The notes: generated by a model not told the origin, from the letters alone. Counted from the first letter of the stretch, positions 14,739 through 23,412 are shown. The stretch: 32,000 nt of DNA from Ignicoccus pacificus DSM 13166 (GCA_025340205.1 CP006868.1:1110001-1142000); one strand, 5' to 3'. A program made the numbers and translations.

Positions 14739-15425
14739 GTGATTAAAATTTACTACGCCTTAAAGCCCCCAAACGGTACAAAGGCCTATGACTTCTGGTT
14801 GCTCAAGCAAGCTTCGAAGGCAAGGAAGTTCTATATGGGAACGTACTATATTCCATCAAAGAAGCTCTACGTTCCGGTGTTCAAGAGGATAGGAGGGGCC
14901 GATCCCAGAGCGTTCCTAGAGGTCAAGCCCTCTGAGCTGAGGAGCGCCTTCAAGATGGTGTGCATAGAGGGATGCGGCCAATGCTGTGAAAGGAACTCTA
15001 ATGCTAGGATAATGGAGTCCGAGGTCGAGCAGTTAGGGATAGAGCTTAGGAACAAGCCAAGTTACACCTTGAAGCTAATTGATGGTACAGAGGAGAAGAT
15101 ATACAGGTTGGATACTAGGAAGGGAGGTCAATGCGCCTTCTACAATCCTTCTAGGAAGAGATGCGTGTTGGGGAAGAAGAAGCCGATACTTTGCCTAATT
15201 CATTACTGCACAGCCTTTGCTGAAAGGGTAGAAGGGGGAAGGAAGAGGAAGTACGTGAAGGTCTCGAGCAAGTTCTTGCCAGAAGGAAGGGTCGAGATGG
15301 TCTTCGAGCCTGTTAGCGAGGAGGAGTGGGAGGAGATCAAAAAGATGGTAAGGAGAGGAACCAATGTTTGGAGGGCAGTAGCGGAGATCCTTAGGAGAAG
15401 GAACTTGCCGAAGGCAGAGTCTTAA
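14739..15425 (+). CDS. YkgJ/UPF0153-family cysteine-cluster (putative Fe-S/Zn) protein
   Basis: CIEGCGQCCE (CxxCxxCC) followed by GGQCAFYNPSRKRCVLGKKKPILC. This is the typical two-block Cys pattern of the family. Confidence 0.6.
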   Translation: MIKIYYALKPPNGTKAYDFWLLKQASKARKFYMGTYYIPSKKLYVPVFKRIGGADPRAFLEVKPSELRSAFKMVCIEGCGQCCERNSNARIMESEVEQLGIELRNKPSYTLKLIDGTEEKIYRLDTRKGGQCAFYNPSRKRCVLGKKKPILCLIHYCTAFAERVEGGRKRKYVKVSSKFLPEGRVEMVFEPVSEEEWEEIKKMVRRGTNVWRAVAEILRRRNLPKAES

Positions 15426-15807
15426 CTCCCAAATTTTGTGTTATTTTCCTCTGCTTCTCGTCTAAGGTAACTAACGTAAAGCCGTGAGCCTCCGCTGTAG
15501 CTATGTAAAGCGAGTCGTAAACTGTTACCTTAAAGCTATCAGCAATACTGAACGCTCTATCCAAGTACTTTAATGAGGATAGCGTTTCCAGAAGGTCCCT
15601 CGCTTCTCTAAGTACAACTAAAGCGTATTCCTTTTCCTCGGAGTTTAAGTCTTTTAATATAGCTACGTGATTCCAAATGGTGTTGATCGTTTCAACGAAG
15701 GCTAGGTCTAAAGTGGAAGAAGGCAAGATCTGCAAAAGGTCCTTCCATCCCTTTTCCTTAAGACACAAGGCTGCTAGGGCCAAGGCGTCAAAGAGAGTCC
15801 CTTTCAT
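15391..15807 (-). CDS. vapC: PIN-domain protein (VapC-like toxin)
   Basis: 138 aa. TVYDSLYIATAEAHGFTLVTLDEKQ is the conserved C-terminal PIN block. Upstream acidic residues are plausible (D7, E in FVET). The 3' end overlaps the convergent YkgJ-type gene by 35 nt. Confidence 0.65.
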   Translation of the reverse strand: MKGTLFDALALAALCLKEKGWKDLLQILPSSTLDLAFVETINTIWNHVAILKDLNSEEKEYALVVLREARDLLETLSSLKYLDRAFSIADSFKVTVYDSLYIATAEAHGFTLVTLDEKQRKITQNLGVKTLPSASSFS

Positions 15808-15810
15808 CTC

Positions 15811-16071
15811 TTATCTCCGAGCTCGCGAAGCCCTTTCCTTTTCCCTAACGTTCTCCAACAATTTTTCTATTCTTGATTTTTCATTTTCTCCTTCAATTCC
15901 TTCTTTATCCTTATTGAGAGGACGGCGCTCAAAAAGAAGCCTCCCTGTATGTAGGTGTATACGGTAGCATATAAAGAAGGGTTTGGGGATCCTGGCGAGT
16001 TTGCGAATGGTTAATTGACTTACCGATAAGTTTGACTGTCCTAAATAGTAGCCTATATTAATTTGGAGCAT
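15811..16071 (-). CDS. Possible cognate antitoxin ORF, start very uncertain
   Basis: The ORF stop (TAA) lies 3 nt before the PIN gene ATG, which is classic TA coupling. Only the C-terminal, charged portion (..EKSRIEKLLENVREKERA..) looks protein-like. The full 86-aa ORF would overlap the cytochrome gene's promoter and start region. Confidence 0.3.
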   Translation of the reverse strand: MLQINIGYYLGQSNLSVSQLTIRKLARIPKPFFICYRIHLHTGRLLFERRPLNKDKEGIEGENEKSRIEKLLENVREKERASRARR

Positions 16072-16092
16072 GAGTGTGTTCCGGGCGATCTA

Positions 16093-16725
16093 ATGAGGAA
16101 GCTGGCATTCCTAGTGATACTTGCCCTTTCTACCTTTGTCATGGCCCAAGCGTACACTCCAGCGTATCCATGTACCCTGTGCCACGCCGACATGAAAAAC
16201 CTAAACGGTAACGTTAAGATAGTGGACATACACAAGGTTGACTTGCTCAAGGGAGCTCACCAAGGCCTCTACTGTTCCAACTGTCACGATGTGAACAATC
16301 CCATGAAGCTAAAGAACGGTGCTATTGTAGTTCCCAAGAAGCTAGCGACCAAGCAGGATCTAATGAGCTACAACACCCTCTGTGCCCAGTGTCACCCCAG
16401 GACCTATGACGACTACATTCACCTAGCCCACGGCAACAAGACCTTCGTGTGTCCTCAGGGCAAGACCATACTGATAATAGGCTACAAGGGCTCTCCCTAC
16501 TGGTTCCACCAGTGTCCCGATTACAACGGCCACTTCGAGAGGAAGCCGGCTAGGGCTTGTGTGGAGTGCCACGATCCTCACGACCCCGTCAAGCTTCCGA
16601 ACAGCATAATGCCTCCGCCCTCCGACAGGCCCAAGCCCTATCCGCAGCCCATGATAGAGAAGACCACCATAATTTTGATGGCCTTAGCTGCCGCAGTTTC
16701 CATATTCGCCTATTTCAAGCCTTAA
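16093..16725 (+). CDS. Membrane-anchored tetraheme c-type cytochrome
   Basis: Four CxxCH motifs: CTLCH, CSNCH, CAQCH, CVECH. The Sec signal is MRKLAFLVILALSTFVMAQA. A Pro-rich linker and C-terminal TM helix follow (TTIILMALAAAVSIFAYF). I prefer ATG at 16093 to the track TTG at 16063. Confidence 0.85.
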   Translation: MRKLAFLVILALSTFVMAQAYTPAYPCTLCHADMKNLNGNVKIVDIHKVDLLKGAHQGLYCSNCHDVNNPMKLKNGAIVVPKKLATKQDLMSYNTLCAQCHPRTYDDYIHLAHGNKTFVCPQGKTILIIGYKGSPYWFHQCPDYNGHFERKPARACVECHDPHDPVKLPNSIMPPPSDRPKPYPQPMIEKTTIILMALAAAVSIFAYFKP

Positions 16726-16739
16726 GGGGGTGGTGAGTC

Positions 16740-17891
16740 GTGAGTGAGAAGAAGGTAAGTAAGACTAGGAGGAATCTCCTGAAGGGAGTTGCCGCTGCCG
16801 GACTGGTATCTGTAATTACTGCTAAGAGAGAGGACCTGATGAAGATACTGGAGCCCTATCCCAAAGAGGGAGAAGAGGGAGCCTTCGGCGGCGTCGAGTA
16901 CCTAGAGATCAACGGAGAGGAGTATGCAATCGCCAAGTGGAACCCTTACAGAGTTCCCGGTAACCCCGAGCAGAGCGTCGAGAATCTCAAGGAACTAGCT
17001 AAGAAGAAGGAGGAGGACGCTAAGAGGAGGTGTAAGCAGAGCGCCGAGGAGATATGCAAGAGGCTCGGAGAGGACAGGCCGGAGTGCAAGCTAGCTAGGA
17101 AGCACTGTGAGGAAATCGTCGTAAAGTGGACCTTAGCGAAGAAGGGCATAAGGTGGGCTATGGCCCTAGACCTCAACAAGTGTATAGGATGTAGGAGATG
17201 TGCCTATGCTTGTGTACAAGAGAACAACGTCGACCGCACCCAAGGAATAGAGTGGATCAAGGTGGTCAATCTAACCAGAGACGAGCTGGAGCTCCTCAAC
17301 AGCGACATTGAGTACACCAGCGGACCCTACAAGGACAGAGTCTACATACCGGTCGCTTGCAACCAGTGTGAGTATCCTCCGTGTATCATGGTCTGTCCGG
17401 TGAGGGCCACTTGGCAGGAGCCGGACGGAATAGTGATCGTCGACTCCTACAGATGCATCGGATGCAGGTACTGTATCACCGCCTGTCCTTACGGAGCGAG
17501 GCACCTCAACTGGAAGCCCGTCAGCGTCGATGCCCTAACGCTCAACCCCAACATGCATGAGTTCGGAAACGTTCCCAGAGAGGTTCACACTGTCGAGAAG
17601 TGTACTTGGTGTATCCAGAGGACTAGGAACGGAGGAACTACAGCTTGTGTGGAGATATGCCCGGTGGGAGCGAGAGTGTTCGGCAACTTCTGGGACGAGG
17701 AGGGACCAATACAGAGGATCATCAAGGAGTACGGAGCTTTCGTGCTCAAGCCCTCAGCTGGAACCAAGCCAAGGTTCTTCTATTACTTCGGTCCGGCTAG
17801 GACCCCACCTCTTGACGCAGAAAACCCCCACTCATCTGATTGGTTAGGTGGGGGTAAGAAGGAAGAAGGTAAGAAGGGAGGTGAGGCATAA
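16740..17891 (+). CDS. Tat-exported 4x[4Fe-4S] ferredoxin-type subunit (NrfC/PsrB/DsrO-like)
   Basis: Twin-arginine motif is TRRNLLKG. The four cluster motifs are CIGCRRCAYAC, CNQCEYPPCIMVCP, CIGCRYCITACP and CTWC...CVEICP. About 100 aa of extra charged, Cys-containing sequence sits between the signal and the ferredoxin core. Confidence 0.85.
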   Translation: MSEKKVSKTRRNLLKGVAAAGLVSVITAKREDLMKILEPYPKEGEEGAFGGVEYLEINGEEYAIAKWNPYRVPGNPEQSVENLKELAKKKEEDAKRRCKQSAEEICKRLGEDRPECKLARKHCEEIVVKWTLAKKGIRWAMALDLNKCIGCRRCAYACVQENNVDRTQGIEWIKVVNLTRDELELLNSDIEYTSGPYKDRVYIPVACNQCEYPPCIMVCPVRATWQEPDGIVIVDSYRCIGCRYCITACPYGARHLNWKPVSVDALTLNPNMHEFGNVPREVHTVEKCTWCIQRTRNGGTTACVEICPVGARVFGNFWDEEGPIQRIIKEYGAFVLKPSAGTKPRFFYYFGPARTPPLDAENPHSSDWLGGGKKEEGKKGGEA

Positions 17892-19297
17892 TGGTGATTG
17901 AGATACTCAAGACCATTTGGTACTTCATTAAGTATGCCTTCAACGGAGGATGGAGGCACTGGGCCTTCATCCTAGCAATGGCCCTGGTGAGCGCTTGGGG
18001 AATAGCGCTGTGGGCCGGCGTACAAGCGGCTCCAGCCATCTACGTTCAGCTAGTCAACCACTTGGGCTTCAACGGCAAGACCCTCATCGACCTAGGAATA
18101 AGGCCCAACGAGGGAGGTATGGTATACACTGACATGAGCGACTCAGTAGCATGGGGTATGTACATCTCATTCTTCGTGTTCTGGGTCGGAGTTGCAGCAG
18201 CGGGAGTGCTGTTCGGAGTAGCGGCTTACGGCTTCAGGGACAAGGGCTTCATGAGGCTGGCTCCCCTGGCTGAGGCACAAGCGATTGCAGCGGTGCTAGT
18301 AGCCCTAGCCCTAGTGTTCTTCGACGTAGGAAGGCCAATAAGGACCTTCCTACTAATGGCGCTACCAATAATGGCCGGTAAGCCGCCGAACCCCAAGAGC
18401 ATATTCACCTACGACTTCCTAGTGCTGAACAGCTACTTGATAGTTAACATCATAGGAGTGTTCCTAGCGGTGCACTGGTACAGAAGGGGACCAAAGTATG
18501 AGCCGCCGAAGTACCTAATGTACGCCTTCATGGTGATCGCAGCACCTCTAGCGATAGGTATACACACCGTAACCGGATTCATCAGCCAAGCGCTGACCGC
18601 CAGGCCCCTATGGCTAGGACCACTGCTCGCGCCCAGATACGTCGCTACCGCGCTGGCAGCGGGACCCGCGTTCTTGCTGATAGTCAGCATCATAGCCGAG
18701 AAGTTCTACAAGAAGTACAAGGTCCCGATGTACGTATATGAGAAGACTCTGCTAGCCGCTATAGCCGCCCTGATAGTGGGACTGTACTTCACCCTCTCAG
18801 AGACCCAAGAGCTGTTCTGGTACACCACCGAGCCCGCTAAGAGGGCCCAGGCGATAGGACTGTATCTAGCACCATTCGTCTGCGGAATAATGAAGCCGCT
18901 TGTGAAGGACTACATGTTCTACTTCGCCGGCCACAACGTCTGCAGGTGGGGCTACCCCGGCATGGAGTACATAGCAATACTGTTCTGGGCATGGGTCATC
19001 CTAGGCGTCCTAGCGACTCTGCTGACCATATTCGTACCGAAGCTGAGGAAGAGCTACAAGGGTATAGTCTTCCTGAGCACTCTAATAATATTAGCAGTAG
19101 TAGCAGAGAAGACCTTCACCATAGTGATACCAGCCTACGTACCCGATGCACTAGGAGTGCTACATCCCTACTTCCCAACGCCGCTGGAGGTAGCAATCAC
19201 CGCCGGAGCGCACGCGGTAGGCCTACTGGTCTACATCCTCGTAGCGAGGCCGGTACTGAAGGCGGTAGAGGCACACTACGGAGAAGGTCACCACTAA
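17891..19297 (+). CDS. NrfD/PsrC-family polytopic membrane subunit
   Basis: 468 aa and highly hydrophobic with many TM segments. Its ATG overlaps the upstream TAA (ATAATG). The position after an NrfC-like gene is the canonical NrfCD/PsrBC order. Confidence 0.75.
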   Translation: MVIEILKTIWYFIKYAFNGGWRHWAFILAMALVSAWGIALWAGVQAAPAIYVQLVNHLGFNGKTLIDLGIRPNEGGMVYTDMSDSVAWGMYISFFVFWVGVAAAGVLFGVAAYGFRDKGFMRLAPLAEAQAIAAVLVALALVFFDVGRPIRTFLLMALPIMAGKPPNPKSIFTYDFLVLNSYLIVNIIGVFLAVHWYRRGPKYEPPKYLMYAFMVIAAPLAIGIHTVTGFISQALTARPLWLGPLLAPRYVATALAAGPAFLLIVSIIAEKFYKKYKVPMYVYEKTLLAAIAALIVGLYFTLSETQELFWYTTEPAKRAQAIGLYLAPFVCGIMKPLVKDYMFYFAGHNVCRWGYPGMEYIAILFWAWVILGVLATLLTIFVPKLRKSYKGIVFLSTLIILAVVAEKTFTIVIPAYVPDALGVLHPYFPTPLEVAITAGAHAVGLLVYILVARPVLKAVEAHYGEGHH

Positions 19298-19314
19298 CTC
19301 CCCAAATAAATAGC

Positions 19315-19324
19315 TTTTTATTTT
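19315..19324 (+). terminator. Oligo-T archaeal terminator after the cytochrome/NrfCD operon
   Basis: TTTTTATTTT lies 18 nt downstream of the stop at 19297. Confidence 0.4.
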
Positions 19325-19357
19325 AAGTCAGTCCTCCCCTTTCTCCCGGGATAACTA

Positions 19358-20290
19358 TTGAACCCGTTCGGATTGCCCTCCAACCCGTTCCAAGCCCAAC
19401 CCCAAGATCCTGTCCAGAACTTCCACAAGGCCTTCATGGAATATGAGAAGAAGATCAAGGAAAGGGACCCAAACGGATGCCTCCTCTTCTACTCTTCCAA
19501 AATAGCTGGAGGTCAGCCCTTGGATTCCGTCGTATTCCTTACCTTAACCTCAAAGATGATGGGTCAGCTGAGGAGGAGCGGTTGCAAGAACCTATGGTTC
19601 CACATAACTGCCTTCGGAGGAGACATAAGGACTGTTGACATGATGAAGAAGGTTGTCGAGGACTTGGGATTTGAGGAGGTTAACGTGATAGCACCATTGA
19701 GGCTCGGCTCGACTGCTTCCTTAACTTCCTTCGTAATATATGATAAGCTCTATGTTAACACTAACACAATAATAGATCCCTTCAACATAACCATTCAGAT
19801 AGGGATGCCCAATGCGTTTGAGCTAAACACGTTCCTCGAAGTAATGGATTTCCTAATGAAGTCACCCGGAAAGGGTAAGGAAATGGAGGACGCGATAAGG
19901 ACCCAAGCCTACAGCCTAATGCTCTCCAGCGGCGCCCTCTTCGGCTACGTGGAGGCCACTAAGGAGCAGAAGTTCATCAGAGACATCCTCGAGAGCTACA
20001 TCCAGGGTAAGCTTCTGGTACATGAAGAAGAGTTCGAGGAGGTGTTCTTGGGGGCCGGAGATAGGATAAGCACTGGCCTTACTGGCAGAAGACTAAAGGA
20101 GTACTTGAGGAACGTTATAGTTATGGACGAGGAGGATCCAGAACTTTCCCAGCTATCCCTAGAAAAGGAGGAGGTCGCTCAGCAGATGTTCGAGCAGAGC
20201 GGCTTGGGAGGAGTCCTTGCAATAAGCGGTCAGATAAGCACCTTCGGGGTGGTCCAAGCCCCCGTCCTCCCGGCCCTCCCTCTGAGGTGA
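19358..20290 (+). CDS. Hypothetical protein with a possible ClpP/SDH-type serine-protease fold (tentative)
   Basis: 310 aa, TTG start. WFHITAFGGDIRTV...VNVIAPLRLGSTASLTSF...IIDPFN loosely follows the SDH/ClpP pattern (i.i.tpGGd......v..vP..A.SaGT......DP). Confidence 0.35.
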   Translation: MNPFGLPSNPFQAQPQDPVQNFHKAFMEYEKKIKERDPNGCLLFYSSKIAGGQPLDSVVFLTLTSKMMGQLRRSGCKNLWFHITAFGGDIRTVDMMKKVVEDLGFEEVNVIAPLRLGSTASLTSFVIYDKLYVNTNTIIDPFNITIQIGMPNAFELNTFLEVMDFLMKSPGKGKEMEDAIRTQAYSLMLSSGALFGYVEATKEQKFIRDILESYIQGKLLVHEEEFEEVFLGAGDRISTGLTGRRLKEYLRNVIVMDEEDPELSQLSLEKEEVAQQMFEQSGLGGVLAISGQISTFGVVQAPVLPALPLR

Positions 20291-20294
20291 TACC

Positions 20295-21302
20295 TTGAAG
20301 GTAGTGTGGAGCGACCTCTTCACTAAAACTTTCTTCTCCCCTCCGTCGCTCGTAGAAGCTTGGACCTCCAGGATGGAGGAGTTCAAGAGAAGAGCATCGA
20401 AGTACTTCCAGTTCGAGGAGCCCTTGGAAGCCAGCTTGGAGGACTTCAAGCTGGTTCACTGTGAAGAACTCGTAGAAGAAGTGAGGAAGCTAAACGATGT
20501 TGGAGGAGTTTTAGATTATGGAGATACCTACATCTACCCCGGCTCTCTAGAGGTCCTCCTAGCTGACTTGGGAGGGGTTTATAGAGCTTATGAAATAGCG
20601 AAGCACCAAGGTTTTGGCTATACTCCTTACGGAGGCCTCCATCATGCCCATAGGTGCTCGGCAGCGGGCTTCTGTCCCTTGAACGACCTAGCCGTGTTAA
20701 TAGAGAAGCTCACTAAGGAAGGAAAGAGGATCGCTTACTTGGACTTCGACGTCCATCACGGAGACGGAACTCAAGAGATATTCTATGAAAGGGACGACGT
20801 GCTTACCTTAAGTCTCCACATGTATCATCCGGGCTTCTATCCCGGAACGGGCCACTATTCGGAGCTGGGAAGGGGGAGAGGGCTGGGCTACTCCCTAAAC
20901 GTCCCCTTGCCCCCGGGAACGGGCGACGAGGCCTACCAGCTGGCGCTCAAGATAATAGTGAAGAGGGCCATCGAGAGCTTTGAGCCAGATGTAATAGTTA
21001 CCCAGATGGGGGTTGATGGACACAAAGACGATCCCCTTGGAGGAGCCTTGAACTTGAGCACCAACACCTTCAAGGCAATAGGAGAGCTGTTGGCATCCTT
21101 CAACGTTCCGGTTGTGGGAGCCGGCGGAGGAGGATACGGAAGGAGGTCTGTTAAGGCAATGCTCGCGGAACTATCGGGGGCCTTTGGAATAGGAGAGCTC
21201 TGGGAGGAGGTAAGGGAAGAGAAAACGGAATCTAACCCAGAGGCGATCTCCAGAGTAATGTACGTGAAAAAGTTCTTCGAGGATCAACTGGATTGGTTTT
21301 AG
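20295..21302 (+). CDS. Histone deacetylase-family (HDAC/AcuC/acetylpolyamine amidohydrolase) enzyme
   Basis: GGLHHAHRCSAAGFCPLND, DFDVHHGDGTQEIFY and VTQMGVDGHKDDPLG are the catalytic His pair, the Zn-binding Asp/His and the family signature. The TTG start is 4 nt after the previous stop. Confidence 0.85.
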   Translation: MKVVWSDLFTKTFFSPPSLVEAWTSRMEEFKRRASKYFQFEEPLEASLEDFKLVHCEELVEEVRKLNDVGGVLDYGDTYIYPGSLEVLLADLGGVYRAYEIAKHQGFGYTPYGGLHHAHRCSAAGFCPLNDLAVLIEKLTKEGKRIAYLDFDVHHGDGTQEIFYERDDVLTLSLHMYHPGFYPGTGHYSELGRGRGLGYSLNVPLPPGTGDEAYQLALKIIVKRAIESFEPDVIVTQMGVDGHKDDPLGGALNLSTNTFKAIGELLASFNVPVVGAGGGGYGRRSVKAMLAELSGAFGIGELWEEVREEKTESNPEAISRVMYVKKFFEDQLDWF

Positions 21303-21769
21303 CCGTTCCACCTTCCGTGGGGTCCTTGACCCCTACCTTGTCCCATGCCTCCCATCGGGGTTCCGGTAGCGGTGGCCATGGGCCTCTGCATTGGTGGTTG
21401 GACGGTCTGAGTGTTGGTCACGTTGCCCATTGCCATGGGACCTCCCCTACCATTGGCCATTCCGAGGCCGGTAGAGTTCTGATAGAGCCTCTGGGGAGTT
21501 ATGGTGACGTTTCCGACCTCTATCTTGGAAGCCCTAACGACGCCCATGGGAGTCACGTAGCCCTCTATGGTCACGTAGGTCCCAGGAGTTAGGTACTGGG
21601 TAGCGTTGGGCATGTTCTTCGGTATGGCGACGGTAACTACCTTTCCGCTGACGTTCAGCATTACATAGTTTCCGTTCACTCCTATCACCGTTCCGCTTAC
21701 GGTCGTGGGAGTGAGCTGGGGAGCGGCTAGAGCGAGGGGAACTAGGAAGAGTAGAGCTAGATACCTCAT
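21299..21769 (-). CDS. Secreted protein with an N-glycosylation-sequon-rich beta domain and a Met/Gly-rich C-terminal tail
   Basis: I prefer the internal ATG at 21769 (MRYLALLFLVPLALAAPQ..., a clear signal peptide) to the 199-aa track ORF. The tail reads GLGMANGRGGPMAMG...PPMQRPMATATGTPMGGMGQGRGQG. A TATA box (TTTATA, minus strand) lies about 35 nt upstream. Confidence 0.6.
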   Translation of the reverse strand: MRYLALLFLVPLALAAPQLTPTTVSGTVIGVNGNYVMLNVSGKVVTVAIPKNMPNATQYLTPGTYVTIEGYVTPMGVVRASKIEVGNVTITPQRLYQNSTGLGMANGRGGPMAMGNVTNTQTVQPPMQRPMATATGTPMGGMGQGRGQGPHGRWNG

Positions 21770-21843
21770 CTTCTCACCGTGAATGTAGTGGATCGAGGTA
21801 TAAAGGATCGAGCTCAAGAATCGAGAGTAACAAAACGTGAGTC

Positions 21844-23412
21844 TCAGCAAGGAACTAGATAGCCCTTGATGCCCGGAATCGCTTCGTAAACGAAGCACTT
21901 GATCCCCTTGATGAGGGGTTTCTTAATAGAAGTCTTGTTCGTTATTAGAATTCCCTTTCCCCTATTCCTCTCAAAGGCTTTTACGAAGGATCTTATAATG
22001 GGATCTATCTTATACTTTTTGAAGAAGAGGTCGCCGTCGGCCACTATGAGCAGATTGAGACCACTCTCAATCAATTTCAACGCCTCTTTCCAAGCTTCCT
22101 TATCATCATACAATGAGACGGCATAAGCAGTCCTGAGATCCTCATCTACGAGGTTGTAGAACTCCTCTCCGACTTGACTCATGAACGAGTAGAAGAAGCC
22201 TGACCCCTCATCTTCCTCTGGAGGAATATCCGTTACCAAGACGATCCACCTTTCTCCTCTTAATATGTTCCCATATAGGTAAACGTCGCCGGCGCTACTT
22301 CTAATTGCATAGAGCCTTCTAGACGGCCTAAAGGGATAGCTTACGAAGTCGATACTCTTAAGGTACTTCAAGGCTCTATTCAAGTCGAATCTAGGTTTGT
22401 TCAAGTAAGCTTTCATTATGCTATATGACCTCAACGCCCCTTCCATAGTTCCATGTTCCTTAACGAATTTTGTTATGATCGATCGAACGCTATCGGAGGA
22501 GGGAGGGTAATCTCTTACTTCACATATGTTACATGGATCTCTTCCAAAGGCTTTAACTATCTCGACCATGACTTTATTCATGCCTTCAAAGAGATCACCC
22601 TTCCATAAGGCAGTTATCAGATCTTCAGGATCGATAATTCCTCGTGAAATCCACTTGTTAACACAATAGAGATATCTATTGCGTTCTTCGTGTAACTTAT
22701 CAGATTGTCCAAGTGCGTTTACTACTTCCTCAAACTTATTCTTTTTCAGGATAGCAAGGGTTACGAGATTTCCCTCAACGAAATCCCGCAAGAACCTCGT
22801 GACAAGCTCCGTCTGTTCATAGTTTAACTCCTTGGCTATTAGGGATAGTATGTAAGTATCGTAAAGCGCTGCTGCGTTCGAGAGGGTATCATGGAAGAAG
22901 TTCACTATATTTCGCGAGAACGCCCTGACCTCTTCTTCACATTCAAATCCAACCTCATCTAGTAGAAACTTCACCAGAACCTCCTCGTACCCGAACGCGT
23001 TAAAGCGAAAGTGATAGAGCTCGTGAGAGAAGAAGAAGTAAGCGAATATGCCCAGAAAGGCCTTCCAAGAGGAGAGGGTCCGCAGAGCCTTCAAGAGTAA
23101 TTTAAAATTCCTTCCAAGGTAAGTTTCGTCATTTTCTATTAAATAGAGTAGTCGTTGTGCTATGAAGGAGGTATTAATATTTATTAATTCCAACCTACCC
23201 GCTTCGTCTAACGTTACGTAAGCATACGCCTTGTCGTAATCTTTGAACGTTGTTTTGTTTTTGATAACGCTTATCATCCACTCTTTGGAGAGGCCGCTCA
23301 GCAGCTCCCATATTATGTCTGCCCTTCTGAACGTCTCCCCTTCGATAAGCCCCTTGAATGACTCCTCGATAGCTCTAGGCCCGAGGGGCAAGCCCTCAGA
23401 GTTGCTAGACAA
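21844..23412 (-). CDS. HExxH putative metallopeptidase domain + VWA-like C-terminal domain protein (DUF2201/COG3864-like), partner of the MoxR-like ATPase
   Basis: 522 aa. FFFSHELYHFRF contains HExxH. The C-terminal alpha/beta region has VWA-like strands (RWIVLVTD.., LNLLIVADGD) but no DxSxS MIDAS. It is divergent from the AAA+ gene. The start is uncertain (TTG 23412 or TTG 23391). Confidence 0.55.
   Translation of the reverse strand: MSSNSEGLPLGPRAIEESFKGLIEGETFRRADIIWELLSGLSKEWMISVIKNKTTFKDYDKAYAYVTLDEAGRLELININTSFIAQRLLYLIENDETYLGRNFKLLLKALRTLSSWKAFLGIFAYFFFSHELYHFRFNAFGYEEVLVKFLLDEVGFECEEEVRAFSRNIVNFFHDTLSNAAALYDTYILSLIAKELNYEQTELVTRFLRDFVEGNLVTLAILKKNKFEEVVNALGQSDKLHEERNRYLYCVNKWISRGIIDPEDLITALWKGDLFEGMNKVMVEIVKAFGRDPCNICEVRDYPPSSDSVRSIITKFVKEHGTMEGALRSYSIMKAYLNKPRFDLNRALKYLKSIDFVSYPFRPSRRLYAIRSSAGDVYLYGNILRGERWIVLVTDIPPEEDEGSGFFYSFMSQVGEEFYNLVDEDLRTAYAVSLYDDKEAWKEALKLIESGLNLLIVADGDLFFKKYKIDPIIRSFVKAFERNRGKGILITNKTSIKKPLIKGIKCFVYEAIPGIKGYLVPC

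Noticed and set aside
21299-21898. 199-aa version of the secreted-protein ORF, and the antisense ORF 21293..21592
   Set aside because: The internal ATG at 21769 gives a textbook signal peptide and has a TATA box upstream. The extension would overlap the 3' end of the 522-aa gene. The plus-strand ORF is a mirror of the Gly/Met-rich coding strand.
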